From: Oculatellaceae cyanobacterium bins.114
GTDB lineage: Bacteria; Cyanobacteriota; Cyanobacteriia; Elainellales; Elainellaceae
Length of the DNA: 27,479 nt
Direction: 5' to 3'
NCBI GenBank assembly: GCA_033764315.1
Contig: JANRJA010000118.1
Location: forward strand, 1-27,479
The first letter of the stretch is position 1; the number at the start of each line of letters is the position of its first letter. Below the pieces are notes generated by a model. It did not search any database and was not told the DNA's origin. It saw only the letters and a program-made list of their open reading frames with translations. Of this stretch, positions 17,148 through 25,658 are shown piece by piece. Both the position numbers and the translations under genes were made by a program.

Positions 17148-18095
17148 TTATCGTTGTATAACAACCCCTGTTTGGGGGGTGAGTAGTTTTAAAACAAGAT
17201 TGTGAAAATGTTGAATAGGAGGGATTTGTAGGCGATCGCGAGTAGTGACTAACACCACTCGTCGGGTCAGGGGAGGATCGGTCAGGGCATCGGGGTTATT
17301 GACATCGGCAGCGATCGCACGAACGGTCAGAGTCGGATCAGCATAGGCTTCTACAAGTTCAGATTCTGCTAACAGGGTAATCATCTCGCCTTGGCGAACC
17401 ACCCCTCGAAAGGCATCAGGAGTATTTAATTCTAAAGCAGAACGGAGGCTCAAACCGCGACGGGTAAACTGTTCTTGCACAATGCGCTGCATCCCATAAC
17501 CATCCTTATAAACCACCTGTGGATATTGAGCTAACTCGTCCCACGGAACCGATTCAAACCGAGCCAGGGGATGATTGACCGCCATCAAGACCTTGATAGG
17601 TTCATCGTAAAGTACCTTGACTACCATCTCAGGACTGTTACTCAAGAAACGGTTCTGCATGACGATCGCCAAATCGACTAAGCCGTCCTTTAAGACTTTA
17701 AGGGCGCGATCGCTGCCCAATGCGGTGATTCGCAGTTGCACATCTGGGTAATCTTGACAAAACTGCTGCAACACAGGCGGCAAATGATAGGCGCACATAG
17801 AATGAATGGCCGCCACACACAACTCTGGTTGCTTGCCCGCCCGCAGATCACTGAGTTCTTGAAAAGCGTTTTGCCACTCCTGACAAATTTTTCGGACGTG
17901 GGGTAACAAGCGATCGCCCCCCAATGTCAAAGTAGCTTGAGCCCCCCGGTGAAATAAGGAAATCTCTAGCTCAGCTTCTAAACTTTGAATTTGACGGCTG
18001 ATGGTTGATTGGGTCAATCCACATTTTTGAGCTGCCTTTTGAAAGCTGCCCGTTTCAGCCACTGCAAGGAATGCTTGCAATTGTTCTAAACGCAT
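17148..18095 (-). CDS. ntcB: LysR-type nitrate-assimilation activator NtcB
   Basis: MRLEQLQAFLAVAETGSFQKAA...TQSTISRQIQ HTH and ALGSDRALKVL. Flanked by nirB-like and cnaT-like genes, with a canonical NtcA promoter upstream. Confidence 0.88.
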   Translation of the reverse strand: MRLEQLQAFLAVAETGSFQKAAQKCGLTQSTISRQIQSLEAELEISLFHRGAQATLTLGGDRLLPHVRKICQEWQNAFQELSDLRAGKQPELCVAAIHSMCAYHLPPVLQQFCQDYPDVQLRITALGSDRALKVLKDGLVDLAIVMQNRFLSNSPEMVVKVLYDEPIKVLMAVNHPLARFESVPWDELAQYPQVVYKDGYGMQRIVQEQFTRRGLSLRSALELNTPDAFRGVVRQGEMITLLAESELVEAYADPTLTVRAIAADVNNPDALTDPPLTRRVVLVTTRDRLQIPPIQHFHNLVLKLLTPQTGVVIQR

Positions 18096-18130
18096 ATCCT
18101 TCGATCGTCCAATCCCCGTCGCGTTCTGTG

Positions 18131-18172
18131 AAAGTAGCGGATTTACTCAGGGGGTTTAGTAATCTTGGATAC
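18131..18172 (-). promoter_or_regulatory. Class II NtcA-activated promoter of ntcB
   Basis: Minus strand: GTATCCAAGATTAC (18172-18159), exactly 22 nt, then TACTTT (18136-18131), matching GTA-N8-TAC-N22-TAN3T. Confidence 0.85.
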
Positions 18173-18257
18173 ATTTTAAGAGAGAGCAGTTCTGAGAGGA
18201 GTTGGGGGAGAGGTCAAAAGGGAGCAAAGGGATATTTTTCTCGGCTAAATGCCCCTT

Positions 18258-19634
18258 TTACCACTCTTGCAGAGCGATCGCCAACCCCCGCGAGAGATCT
18301 GCTCTAAGATTTTGGGTTTGCGCCAGTTCCATCAAGCGATAATGAGCCGTTTGAGAGTCCAGATGTTTCAGGGCCGCGATCGCATGCAATTGCACTCCCA
18401 TATCAGGGTCTGCCAACAACTGAATGAGAGGCTCCAGAGCAGTGGGTTCTCCCAGTTGTCCTAGCCCTATTGCCAGCAGTTTTCGAGTGTTTTCTGCCTG
18501 GGTCACTGAATGATCAGAGTGCAGTAGGTCAATCAAAAATTGAGCAACCTGATGTCTCAGGGGTGGGGTCTTGACCTGAGTCAGGGCATGAAGACTCGTC
18601 TGGATCACCACCTCAGTCTTAGGCTCGATCCCTTGATGCAGCAAAAAGTGTTGCACAGCTTCGATCGCTTGGCTCGATTCCATCCATCCTAGAGTTTGCA
18701 GAATGGTCATTTGCAGCGGTTCAGGGGTATAGGGCGATCGCAGCGTTTCAGCCAGAGCATTAACCGCCGCATCTGTTCCTAATCGACCCAGCGCGATCGC
18801 CGCTTGTTCACACACTTGCCCATTCAAATCCCCTAGCAAGGGTTTAATCATGCTGACTAAATCGAGGTGTGCCAATCTATCTGCCTGCAATCCTAAGCCA
18901 GTTAAAGCAGCAGTTCTAACCGTTGCGACTGGATCGCCCAGAGCTTGCACGAAGACATCGGTAACACGGGGGTGATGAAAATTAGTCAGAGCATCAATGG
19001 CGATCGCCCTTACCTCAACTTGAGGGTCGTGGGCGGCTTGTAACAGCAGCGGCATCGTTTCAGCATGGCGCACTTGGGACAAAATTTGAACGACCCAGCG
19101 GCGCGTATCAGGCTTAACAAACACATCCGTTAACACAGCCATCAATTCGGTGAGAGAGCCATTTTGCACCGCCTCTGTGGCAAAGTTTGCCAGCGTAACC
19201 GCGATGATTCCACTCAACTCGTCGTTTTGACAGGTTTGCAAGGTTTGCACTAACGCCTGCAACACCACCGCTTGAGGAAAATGACCTAACCCCTGGGCTG
19301 CAAACCACCGCACCTCTAGCTCTGCCGCCTCATCCTGCAATCGAGTAATCAAGGGGGCGATGACTCCATTCAGAGCAGTGCTACGCATCGCCCGATCGCC
19401 CAGTTCAGGCAAGAGTTTGGCAACATCCCAACGGCTTTGAAAATCGCCCAGATCCAGAACCGTCAATGCCAGTCTCAACGCCTGATCCCAAAACTCATCT
19501 GCCGCTTGAGCAGTGGCAAAGCTGGGTTGTCTCAAAAGCCCATCTTGCAAGCACTCGATCGCCTGTGCCCAATCGGTTTGAGCGATCGCCGATTGTACTT
19601 GATTGAGAAGGGATTGTGGCTTCAATGGTTTCAC
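18258..19634 (-). CDS. nirB: HEAT/PBS-lyase-repeat protein, NirB-like
   Basis: Multiple HEAT repeats (EVRWFAAQGLG, EVRAIAIDAL, VRTAALTGLG) and GDFQSRWDVAK. Upstream of ntcB. GTG 19634 is chosen as start to avoid the overlap with the AraC gene; the start is uncertain. Confidence 0.72.
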   Translation of the reverse strand: MKPLKPQSLLNQVQSAIAQTDWAQAIECLQDGLLRQPSFATAQAADEFWDQALRLALTVLDLGDFQSRWDVAKLLPELGDRAMRSTALNGVIAPLITRLQDEAAELEVRWFAAQGLGHFPQAVVLQALVQTLQTCQNDELSGIIAVTLANFATEAVQNGSLTELMAVLTDVFVKPDTRRWVVQILSQVRHAETMPLLLQAAHDPQVEVRAIAIDALTNFHHPRVTDVFVQALGDPVATVRTAALTGLGLQADRLAHLDLVSMIKPLLGDLNGQVCEQAAIALGRLGTDAAVNALAETLRSPYTPEPLQMTILQTLGWMESSQAIEAVQHFLLHQGIEPKTEVVIQTSLHALTQVKTPPLRHQVAQFLIDLLHSDHSVTQAENTRKLLAIGLGQLGEPTALEPLIQLLADPDMGVQLHAIAALKHLDSQTAHYRLMELAQTQNLRADLSRGLAIALQEW

Positions 19635-19663
19635 TAGACTGAGACTGTAGGGGAATAATTGCG

Positions 19664-20530
19664 TTAGCTGGCTCGATAGGCTTTGGGCGACAGCCCCGTG
19701 TAATGTTGAATCCATTTACCGAGATGGCTATGGCTGCTAAAGCCACACAGTAACGCGATATCCATCACAGATAAATCGGTTGTTTTAAGCAGTTGTTTAG
19801 CCCGCTCGACTCGTTGCTGAAGCACATATTGATGCGGCGTAACTCCAGTCGATTGCTTAAACAGTCGGCTAAAGTGAAACTGGCTTAGGTCTGCCAGTGT
19901 CGCCAAATCAGACAGTTGAATCTCATCTGCTAAATGAGCATTGATATAATCTATCACCCGCAGCAGATGGCGATCGCTCAATCCTCCTTGATACAATGCA
20001 ACACACGGTTGCAGTACCGAATGTGCTTTGAGCAGATGCACCGCTAATACGGTGGTAAGTGACTCAACATACAGTGACCCTGTCAGCCCACCATTGCGAA
20101 GTTCACTCAACAACATCAGGCTAATTTGCTCAATTTGGGGATGCCGCACTCGAAACTCAGGAAGTAACTCGACCTGCTTAGGGGCAACCGTCAGGGAATC
20201 TTGAGCCACCTGTTGCAACACATCGGATGTGAGTTGAATTCGCAGATACTGATCTTTTTGATTCCACTGACTCACCAAGGTTGAGCTGATCGGGGTAATG
20301 GTGATGTCCCCTTTGCTAAAAAGGCTGATATGGCGGCGATCGCCCATGACATGCGATAACCGGGATGGGCGACTATTGAGCGAGATACAAAGTGTATGTC
20401 GGGTTAAATTTTGATAGGTCTCTTGCCCAGGAGGTTGATGAAATTCCTCCACCAAAATATTCTTCCAACCATAGTCTTGACTGGAAGCAACGGGAGGTTG
20501 AAGTTCACCTTTAAGCAACTGAACCGTCAT
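19664..20530 (-). CDS. AraC-family transcriptional regulator
   Basis: C-terminal double HTH (LSQFHFSRLFKQSTGVTPHQYV...IALLCGFSSHSHL). Probable start is ATG 20530. Confidence 0.93.
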   Translation of the reverse strand: MTVQLLKGELQPPVASSQDYGWKNILVEEFHQPPGQETYQNLTRHTLCISLNSRPSRLSHVMGDRRHISLFSKGDITITPISSTLVSQWNQKDQYLRIQLTSDVLQQVAQDSLTVAPKQVELLPEFRVRHPQIEQISLMLLSELRNGGLTGSLYVESLTTVLAVHLLKAHSVLQPCVALYQGGLSDRHLLRVIDYINAHLADEIQLSDLATLADLSQFHFSRLFKQSTGVTPHQYVLQQRVERAKQLLKTTDLSVMDIALLCGFSSHSHLGKWIQHYTGLSPKAYRAS

Positions 20531-20541
20531 GGTTAAGATGG

Positions 20542-20644
20542 GCAATTTAGAGGTTTAGATCCCCGGTTTCTCGTTGGAGCTGACTCCAAAGATGCCTCGT
20601 TATATCCCTAAAAACCGGGGATCTGGAATAGTCGCACAAAGGGT
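20542..20644. repeat. Dispersed ~100-bp stem-loop element, copy 2
   Basis: 13-bp perfect inverted repeat AGATCCCCGGTTT (20557-20569) / AAACCGGGGATCT (20612-20624). First 34 nt are 30/34 identical to copy 1. Confidence 0.85.
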
Positions 20645-20725
20645 ATGCATTGAGTGATTTTAGAACATTTCCCCTGATTCCTGACGGGTGAAATAGTCGA
20701 ACCTCGGCCTCCTTTAAAAACTTGC

Positions 20726-20760
20726 CGCAAGATTTTGGTCATCTCGCAAGAACCTTGTAG
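20726..20760 (+). promoter_or_regulatory. Putative AraC operator: CGCAAGA direct repeat
   Basis: CGCAAGA at 20726 and 20745 (19-nt period), about 75-100 nt upstream of the MATE start. Confidence 0.45.
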
Positions 20761-20825
20761 TTTGCCAACCGTCATTTTTCTTAGAGTGTAAGCCGTGAAA
20801 GAAGCCTACTGTAAGGAACACGGCA

Positions 20826-22205
20826 ATGATCACCAAAGGGATTAATCTGTCCATTTTTGGATTACCTGTTGAAGTCAAAACAGAAATCCGTGCTTTTCTC
20901 AGACTGGCGATGCCATTAGCCACTGCTCAAGTTGCCCAAACTGCTGTTGGGTTTGTAGACACCGTAATGATGGGTCAATTAGGTTCAGAGAGTTTGGCGG
21001 CTGGTGGATTGGCAGCAACCACTTTCCAGCTTTTATTAAATGTCACCAGTGGAGTCGTAATGGCAGTCAGTCCACTGGTCGCTGAAGCCTACGGAGCAGG
21101 TCGAAAAGCACAGATTGAAAGCATTGCCCGTCAAGGACTCTGGCTATCGGCATTGCTTAGCATTCCGCTGATGGTTGTGTTTGCCCATCTAGATACAGTC
21201 TTGCTGATTCTCAAACAACCTGCGGCGATCGCCACCCTAGCAGATCCCTATTTCAAATGCATTCTCTGGGGGGTGTTTCCGGCACTGGGGTTTGCCATGT
21301 TGAGGGGCTATGTCTCAGCACTGGCTCAAGCGCATGTTGTCATTAGCATCGTTATCGTTGGCACCTTGTTTAACGGGCTTGGCAATTACGCTTTAGGGTT
21401 TGGTCACTTTGGTTTTCCGCGCTTGGAGTTAGCCGGACTGGGATTATCCAGTGCTCTCAGTTTTTGGGGAATGTTTGTCATCTTTCTCATCTATGTCGTC
21501 CGCCATCCCCAATTAAAGCAATACCGTTTATTACACAATTTGCATTGCCTTCGACCTCAACTGTTGCAACGGTTAATCACCATTGGAGGGGCGATCGCCA
21601 TGACCATTACCCTGGAATATGGTCTATTTGCAGTCATCACATTTTTAGTGGGAACCTTGGGAACCGATGTATTAGCCGCTCACCAAACGGTTTACCAAAC
21701 AACCTATTTGATTTTTATGGTGCCACTGGGCATGTCCTACGCGGTTACGGCACGGGTGGGGCAGTGGTGGGGAAAACGCGATCTAGCTGGGGTAAAGCGA
21801 GCGGCCTATGTAGGTATTGCTGTTTCAGCCGCTTTTATGTTGCTGATGGCGATCGCCCTCATCGTTTACCGTCAACCTGTGATTGGACTGTTCCTAGATA
21901 CTCAAGCCCCAGACGATGCTCATGTGATAGCGTTAGCTATACCAATGCTCGTGATTGGTGCCATATCGCAACTTTTAGATGGGGTGCAACGAGTGGCTAT
22001 GGGTGCACTCTATGGGCTACAAGATAGTCGTGTGCCCATGATCTTGAGTGCCGTGGCGTTTTGGGGCGTAGGGTTAACGGGTGGATATCTCCTGGGATTT
22101 CCGCTGGGGTTTGCAGGAGCGGGATTGTGGACGGGGCAATCGATTGGTGTGGCGATCGCCGCAATCGTTTTTGTATGGCGGTTTCATCGACTTACAAATA
22201 AGTGA
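20826..22205 (+). CDS. MATE-family efflux transporter (NorM-like)
   Basis: 459 aa with about 12 hydrophobic segments. Motifs LRLAMPL, GFVDTVMMGQLG, LAAHQ, RVGQWWG, DGVQ...GALYGLQD. Confidence 0.93.
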   Translation: MITKGINLSIFGLPVEVKTEIRAFLRLAMPLATAQVAQTAVGFVDTVMMGQLGSESLAAGGLAATTFQLLLNVTSGVVMAVSPLVAEAYGAGRKAQIESIARQGLWLSALLSIPLMVVFAHLDTVLLILKQPAAIATLADPYFKCILWGVFPALGFAMLRGYVSALAQAHVVISIVIVGTLFNGLGNYALGFGHFGFPRLELAGLGLSSALSFWGMFVIFLIYVVRHPQLKQYRLLHNLHCLRPQLLQRLITIGGAIAMTITLEYGLFAVITFLVGTLGTDVLAAHQTVYQTTYLIFMVPLGMSYAVTARVGQWWGKRDLAGVKRAAYVGIAVSAAFMLLMAIALIVYRQPVIGLFLDTQAPDDAHVIALAIPMLVIGAISQLLDGVQRVAMGALYGLQDSRVPMILSAVAFWGVGLTGGYLLGFPLGFAGAGLWTGQSIGVAIAAIVFVWRFHRLTNK

Positions 22206-22300
22206 TCTCCCTTTACCGTACTGCCATGCTGCTTCTCTAATGATCCTAATTCTGGGCTTGATACTTATTATGAGGAAGTGAAGATTGCAAGGGCTAATGC

Positions 22301-23491
22301 ATGGATGATCAAGAGCTGGCAGCACTTCTAAGTGACCTAGAGTGCGACAGAGTTGAGCGAAAAGCATCGACTTCAGACGGGAAAAAAATACGACAAGCGA
22401 TTTGTGCTTTTGCAAACGATTTGCCTAATCACAAAAAGCCTGGAGTCCTTTTTATAGGAGTTAATGATGATGGCTCCTGTGCTCATCTGCCTATCACAGA
22501 TGAGCTACTACTCGGTCTATCTAACATCCGCTCAGAAGGGAAAATCTTACCGTTTCCTGCCCTACAAGTGAGTAAGCGTATGCTAAATGGTTGCGAATTA
22601 GCAGTCGTTATTGTAGAACCATCTGATGCGCCTCCTGTCAGATTTGATAGTCGTATATGGATTCGAGTGGGTCCACGACGGGCAACTGCTAATCCAGATG
22701 AAGAGCGACGGTTAAATGAAAAACGTCGAGCCAGAGATTTGCCTTTCGATCTACGACCCCTCCCTTCTGCTACTCTCGTCGATCTAAATTTAGAGTTCTT
22801 TCAACAATCCTATTTGCCTTTCACCTTGGCACCAGAGGTATTAGAAGAGAACCAGCGATCGCTCACTCAGCAGTTAGCGTCAGTCCGGTTTACTACCCCT
22901 GAACCAGAATCATGTCCTACGGTCTTAGGAATTCTTGTTGTGGGTAAAGATCCTCAACAATTTATTCCGGGTCATTACGTTCAGTTTCTGAGAATTGATG
23001 GCACTGAATTGGGAGATCCAATTAAAGATCAAAAAGAAATTAGCGGGTCACTCATAGATATTTTACGATTGCTCGATGAAACCTTACAAATTAATATTTC
23101 GGTTGCGTCAGATATTACAAGCCAGTCTCTTGAAGTTCAACAGCCTGACTATCCAATTGAAGCGTTGCGGCAGTTAGCCAGAAATGCGGTGATGCATCGC
23201 TCTTATGAACACACGAATGCACCAGTCAAAGTATATTGGTTTAGCGATCGTATCGAAATTTCAAACCCAGGTGGGTTGTTTGGTCAGGTCAACCCAGAAA
23301 ATTTTGGTGACGGGGCAACCGATTATCGTAATCCTCATTTAGCTGGAGTCATGAAGGATCTGGGTTACGTTCAGCGGTTTGGCTATGGTATTCCGACCGC
23401 AAAGCGAGCTTTAGAGAAAAATGGTAATCCACCTCCTGAGTTCTCGTTAGACGATACTTACACATCTGTTGTAGTTAGGAGACGGTCATGA
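22301..23491 (+). CDS. AlbA_2 (Schlafen-like) plus HATPase_c_4 domain protein
   Basis: N-terminal ECDRVERK...ICAFAND...GVLFIGVNDDG. C-terminal YPIEALRQLARNAVMHRSY...DRIEISNPGGL...RNPHLA...GYVQRFGYGI. Confidence 0.88.
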   Translation: MDDQELAALLSDLECDRVERKASTSDGKKIRQAICAFANDLPNHKKPGVLFIGVNDDGSCAHLPITDELLLGLSNIRSEGKILPFPALQVSKRMLNGCELAVVIVEPSDAPPVRFDSRIWIRVGPRRATANPDEERRLNEKRRARDLPFDLRPLPSATLVDLNLEFFQQSYLPFTLAPEVLEENQRSLTQQLASVRFTTPEPESCPTVLGILVVGKDPQQFIPGHYVQFLRIDGTELGDPIKDQKEISGSLIDILRLLDETLQINISVASDITSQSLEVQQPDYPIEALRQLARNAVMHRSYEHTNAPVKVYWFSDRIEISNPGGLFGQVNPENFGDGATDYRNPHLAGVMKDLGYVQRFGYGIPTAKRALEKNGNPPPEFSLDDTYTSVVVRRRS

Positions 23492-24513
23492 GCGTGCCAA
23501 TTATTGCCTTCTTCAACAACAAGGGTGGGGTGGGGAAAACATCCCTTGTTTATCATTTAGCTTGGATGTATTACGACTTAGGGCTACAAGTTGTAGCAGC
23601 CGATTTAGATCCTCAAGCTAACCTAACAGCTGCTTTTTTAGATGAAGATCGTCTAGAAGAAGTATGGGAAGGAACTGAAAATCGCTATGATACTGTTTTT
23701 CGATGTGTCAAGCCATTATTGAGTGGTATTGGAGATATTGCGCCTCCATCTTTAGAAAAGATCGAAGATGGATTGAACCTCTTAATTGGGGATTTACAAC
23801 TTTCCGGATTTGAAGATGAATTGTCTTCTAAGTGGTCAGATTGTCTAGATCGCAAAGAACGGGCATTTAGAGTTATCTCAGCTTTTTGGCGAGTACTGAT
23901 TCAAGCTGCTTCAAGTAGTAATGCTGACGTTGTTTTAGTAGACTTAGGACCTAACTTGGGCGCAATTAATCGAGCCGCTCTGATTGCTTCAGACTATGTT
24001 GTAGTTCCACTCTCGCCTGATCTCTTTTCACTGCAGGGATTGAAGAATCTTGGTCCAACAGTAAGACGTTGGAGAGAAGAATGGCAGGAGCGTATTCCTA
24101 AAAATCCCGCATCAGATCTTGCCCTACCAAAAGGGCAAATGCAACCCATTGGTTACGTTATTCTTCAACATGGGGTTCGATTTGACCGTCCTGTAAAAGC
24201 ATTTCAGCGGTGGATAGAACGAATTCCTCACATTTACAATACTGAAGTTGTGCAGCAAGCCCATCAAATAGCTTCAACTCCATCTAATGATCCGAATCGT
24301 TTGGCACTGCTGAAACACTATCAAAGCCTGATGCCAATGGCTCAAGAGTCTCGTAAACCTATTTTTCACCTCAAACCTGCTGATGGAGCGATTGGCTCTC
24401 ACATCACCGCGGTGAAAAATGTGTATTGGGATTTTCAGGATCTCGCTCACAAGATTGCCAAACAAACTGGCTTGCAGTTCCCCCAACCACAATTAGTGAT
24501 TGAATCGAAATAG
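23488..24513 (+). CDS. Orphan ParA/Soj-like ATPase (AAA_31)
   Basis: Deviant Walker A NNKGGVGKTS, DLDPQANLT, Walker B VLVDLGPNLG and PDLFSLQG. ATGA overlap with the upstream gene. Confidence 0.9.
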   Translation: MSVPIIAFFNNKGGVGKTSLVYHLAWMYYDLGLQVVAADLDPQANLTAAFLDEDRLEEVWEGTENRYDTVFRCVKPLLSGIGDIAPPSLEKIEDGLNLLIGDLQLSGFEDELSSKWSDCLDRKERAFRVISAFWRVLIQAASSSNADVVLVDLGPNLGAINRAALIASDYVVVPLSPDLFSLQGLKNLGPTVRRWREEWQERIPKNPASDLALPKGQMQPIGYVILQHGVRFDRPVKAFQRWIERIPHIYNTEVVQQAHQIASTPSNDPNRLALLKHYQSLMPMAQESRKPIFHLKPADGAIGSHITAVKNVYWDFQDLAHKIAKQTGLQFPQPQLVIESK

Positions 24514-24531
24514 AATAACGGGGTGTTTTTA

Positions 24532-25638
24532 TCAAAACTGAACCCAGTCATGATGAATCTGAATATTGCGACTCTGCATGGTTTGCTCAAATAACTCTGT
24601 AGTCAGGGCTTGCTCGACTGCCCATACACCCGGTTTATGCAATTGCCCAGAGAGCAACAGTTGGGCAATGCTGCCCGTGCCGTTGCCAGCGGCGATCGCC
24701 GTATTGTCGTGTACCAGGGTCGAGACATAAGCAGCGGGTTGTCCGTCTTTTTTCCCGGTAACCTCTGAGCGAATGCCAACCCCAATACCACTGACCCGAT
24801 CAGTGACGTTGGTCATACGAAAGCTGACCTGAGCCAAAAACTCAGTTCCTCGTTTGCTGCGAATCCAGGATTTAGGAAACACATGGGCTGCAATCCAGGT
24901 GAGGTGGTTATAAAAGTCGGGCACCGAGCCAAACTTGGTGACAACAGTTTTTACAGGAAACGACTCTGCCAGCGTAAAGGTTTCGGGCATTTCAAACCAA
25001 TAGACATGGACTTTGCCATAGGGGTCAGGCAATTGAATCGGTTGGCGATCGCTATAGGGTTTGACTTTTTGCCAAGATCCCTCTAACCAGGCGTTAAAAG
25101 GCTGCAACAACCCCAGAAACGTGGTTCGCATGACGGTGATTCCGGCACCCCCTGAGCCACTGACCACATAGCTGAGATGAATTTGCTCCGGGTCATCCAA
25201 CTGCTCAACCCCATGTCGCACCATGCTGTTAGAGATGCCCGGAAAGATGCCAGAGTTGACGATCGCCGTTACTCCCATCTTGGCGGCAGCAGCATTGCGG
25301 CTCAGTGCCCGTTGGGTAAAGCCTGCGTTGTCACTCACATCGAGATAATTCACCCGCTGATCAATACATCGATCCAGGACGGTGCCATCTCGATAGTGAA
25401 AAGGCCCCGCACAGTGAACCACCAGATTAGACTGAGCGATCGCCTGTTTGAGCAGGGCATCGTCGCTTAGGTTGAGTGCCAAAAAATCGGTGCGATCGCT
25501 CGAAAGGTCGCTTTTCCCGGTCGCATCCTCACTTCTGCCCGTGATGGTGATATGGGCATCTGTATACTGAATCAGATCAGCGGCGACACTGCTACCAATA
25601 CGCCCCCGACCCCCTAAAATTAAAACCCGATCTGCCAT
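24532..25638 (-). CDS. Saccharopine dehydrogenase-like NAD(P)-binding oxidoreductase
   Basis: VLILGGRGRIG, VHCAGPF, NYLDVSD and GIFPGISN motifs. Confidence 0.88.
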   Translation of the reverse strand: MADRVLILGGRGRIGSSVAADLIQYTDAHITITGRSEDATGKSDLSSDRTDFLALNLSDDALLKQAIAQSNLVVHCAGPFHYRDGTVLDRCIDQRVNYLDVSDNAGFTQRALSRNAAAAKMGVTAIVNSGIFPGISNSMVRHGVEQLDDPEQIHLSYVVSGSGGAGITVMRTTFLGLLQPFNAWLEGSWQKVKPYSDRQPIQLPDPYGKVHVYWFEMPETFTLAESFPVKTVVTKFGSVPDFYNHLTWIAAHVFPKSWIRSKRGTEFLAQVSFRMTNVTDRVSGIGVGIRSEVTGKKDGQPAAYVSTLVHDNTAIAAGNGTGSIAQLLLSGQLHKPGVWAVEQALTTELFEQTMQSRNIQIHHDWVQF

Positions 25639-25658
25639 GACTCTAGAAAAAAATCAAC

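Noticed and set aside
20714..20923. 69-aa minus-strand ORF with a short hydrophobic segment
   Set aside because: It is antisense to the MATE start and promoter, most likely a shadow ORF.
21464..22415. 187-aa, 113-aa and 66-aa ORFs overlapping the MATE and AlbA_2 genes
   Set aside because: Alternative-frame or antisense ORFs of well-supported genes with no motifs.
23488..24513. Calling this the chromosome or plasmid partition parA
   Set aside because: No parB or parS seen, longer than typical Soj, and coupled to an unrelated gene.
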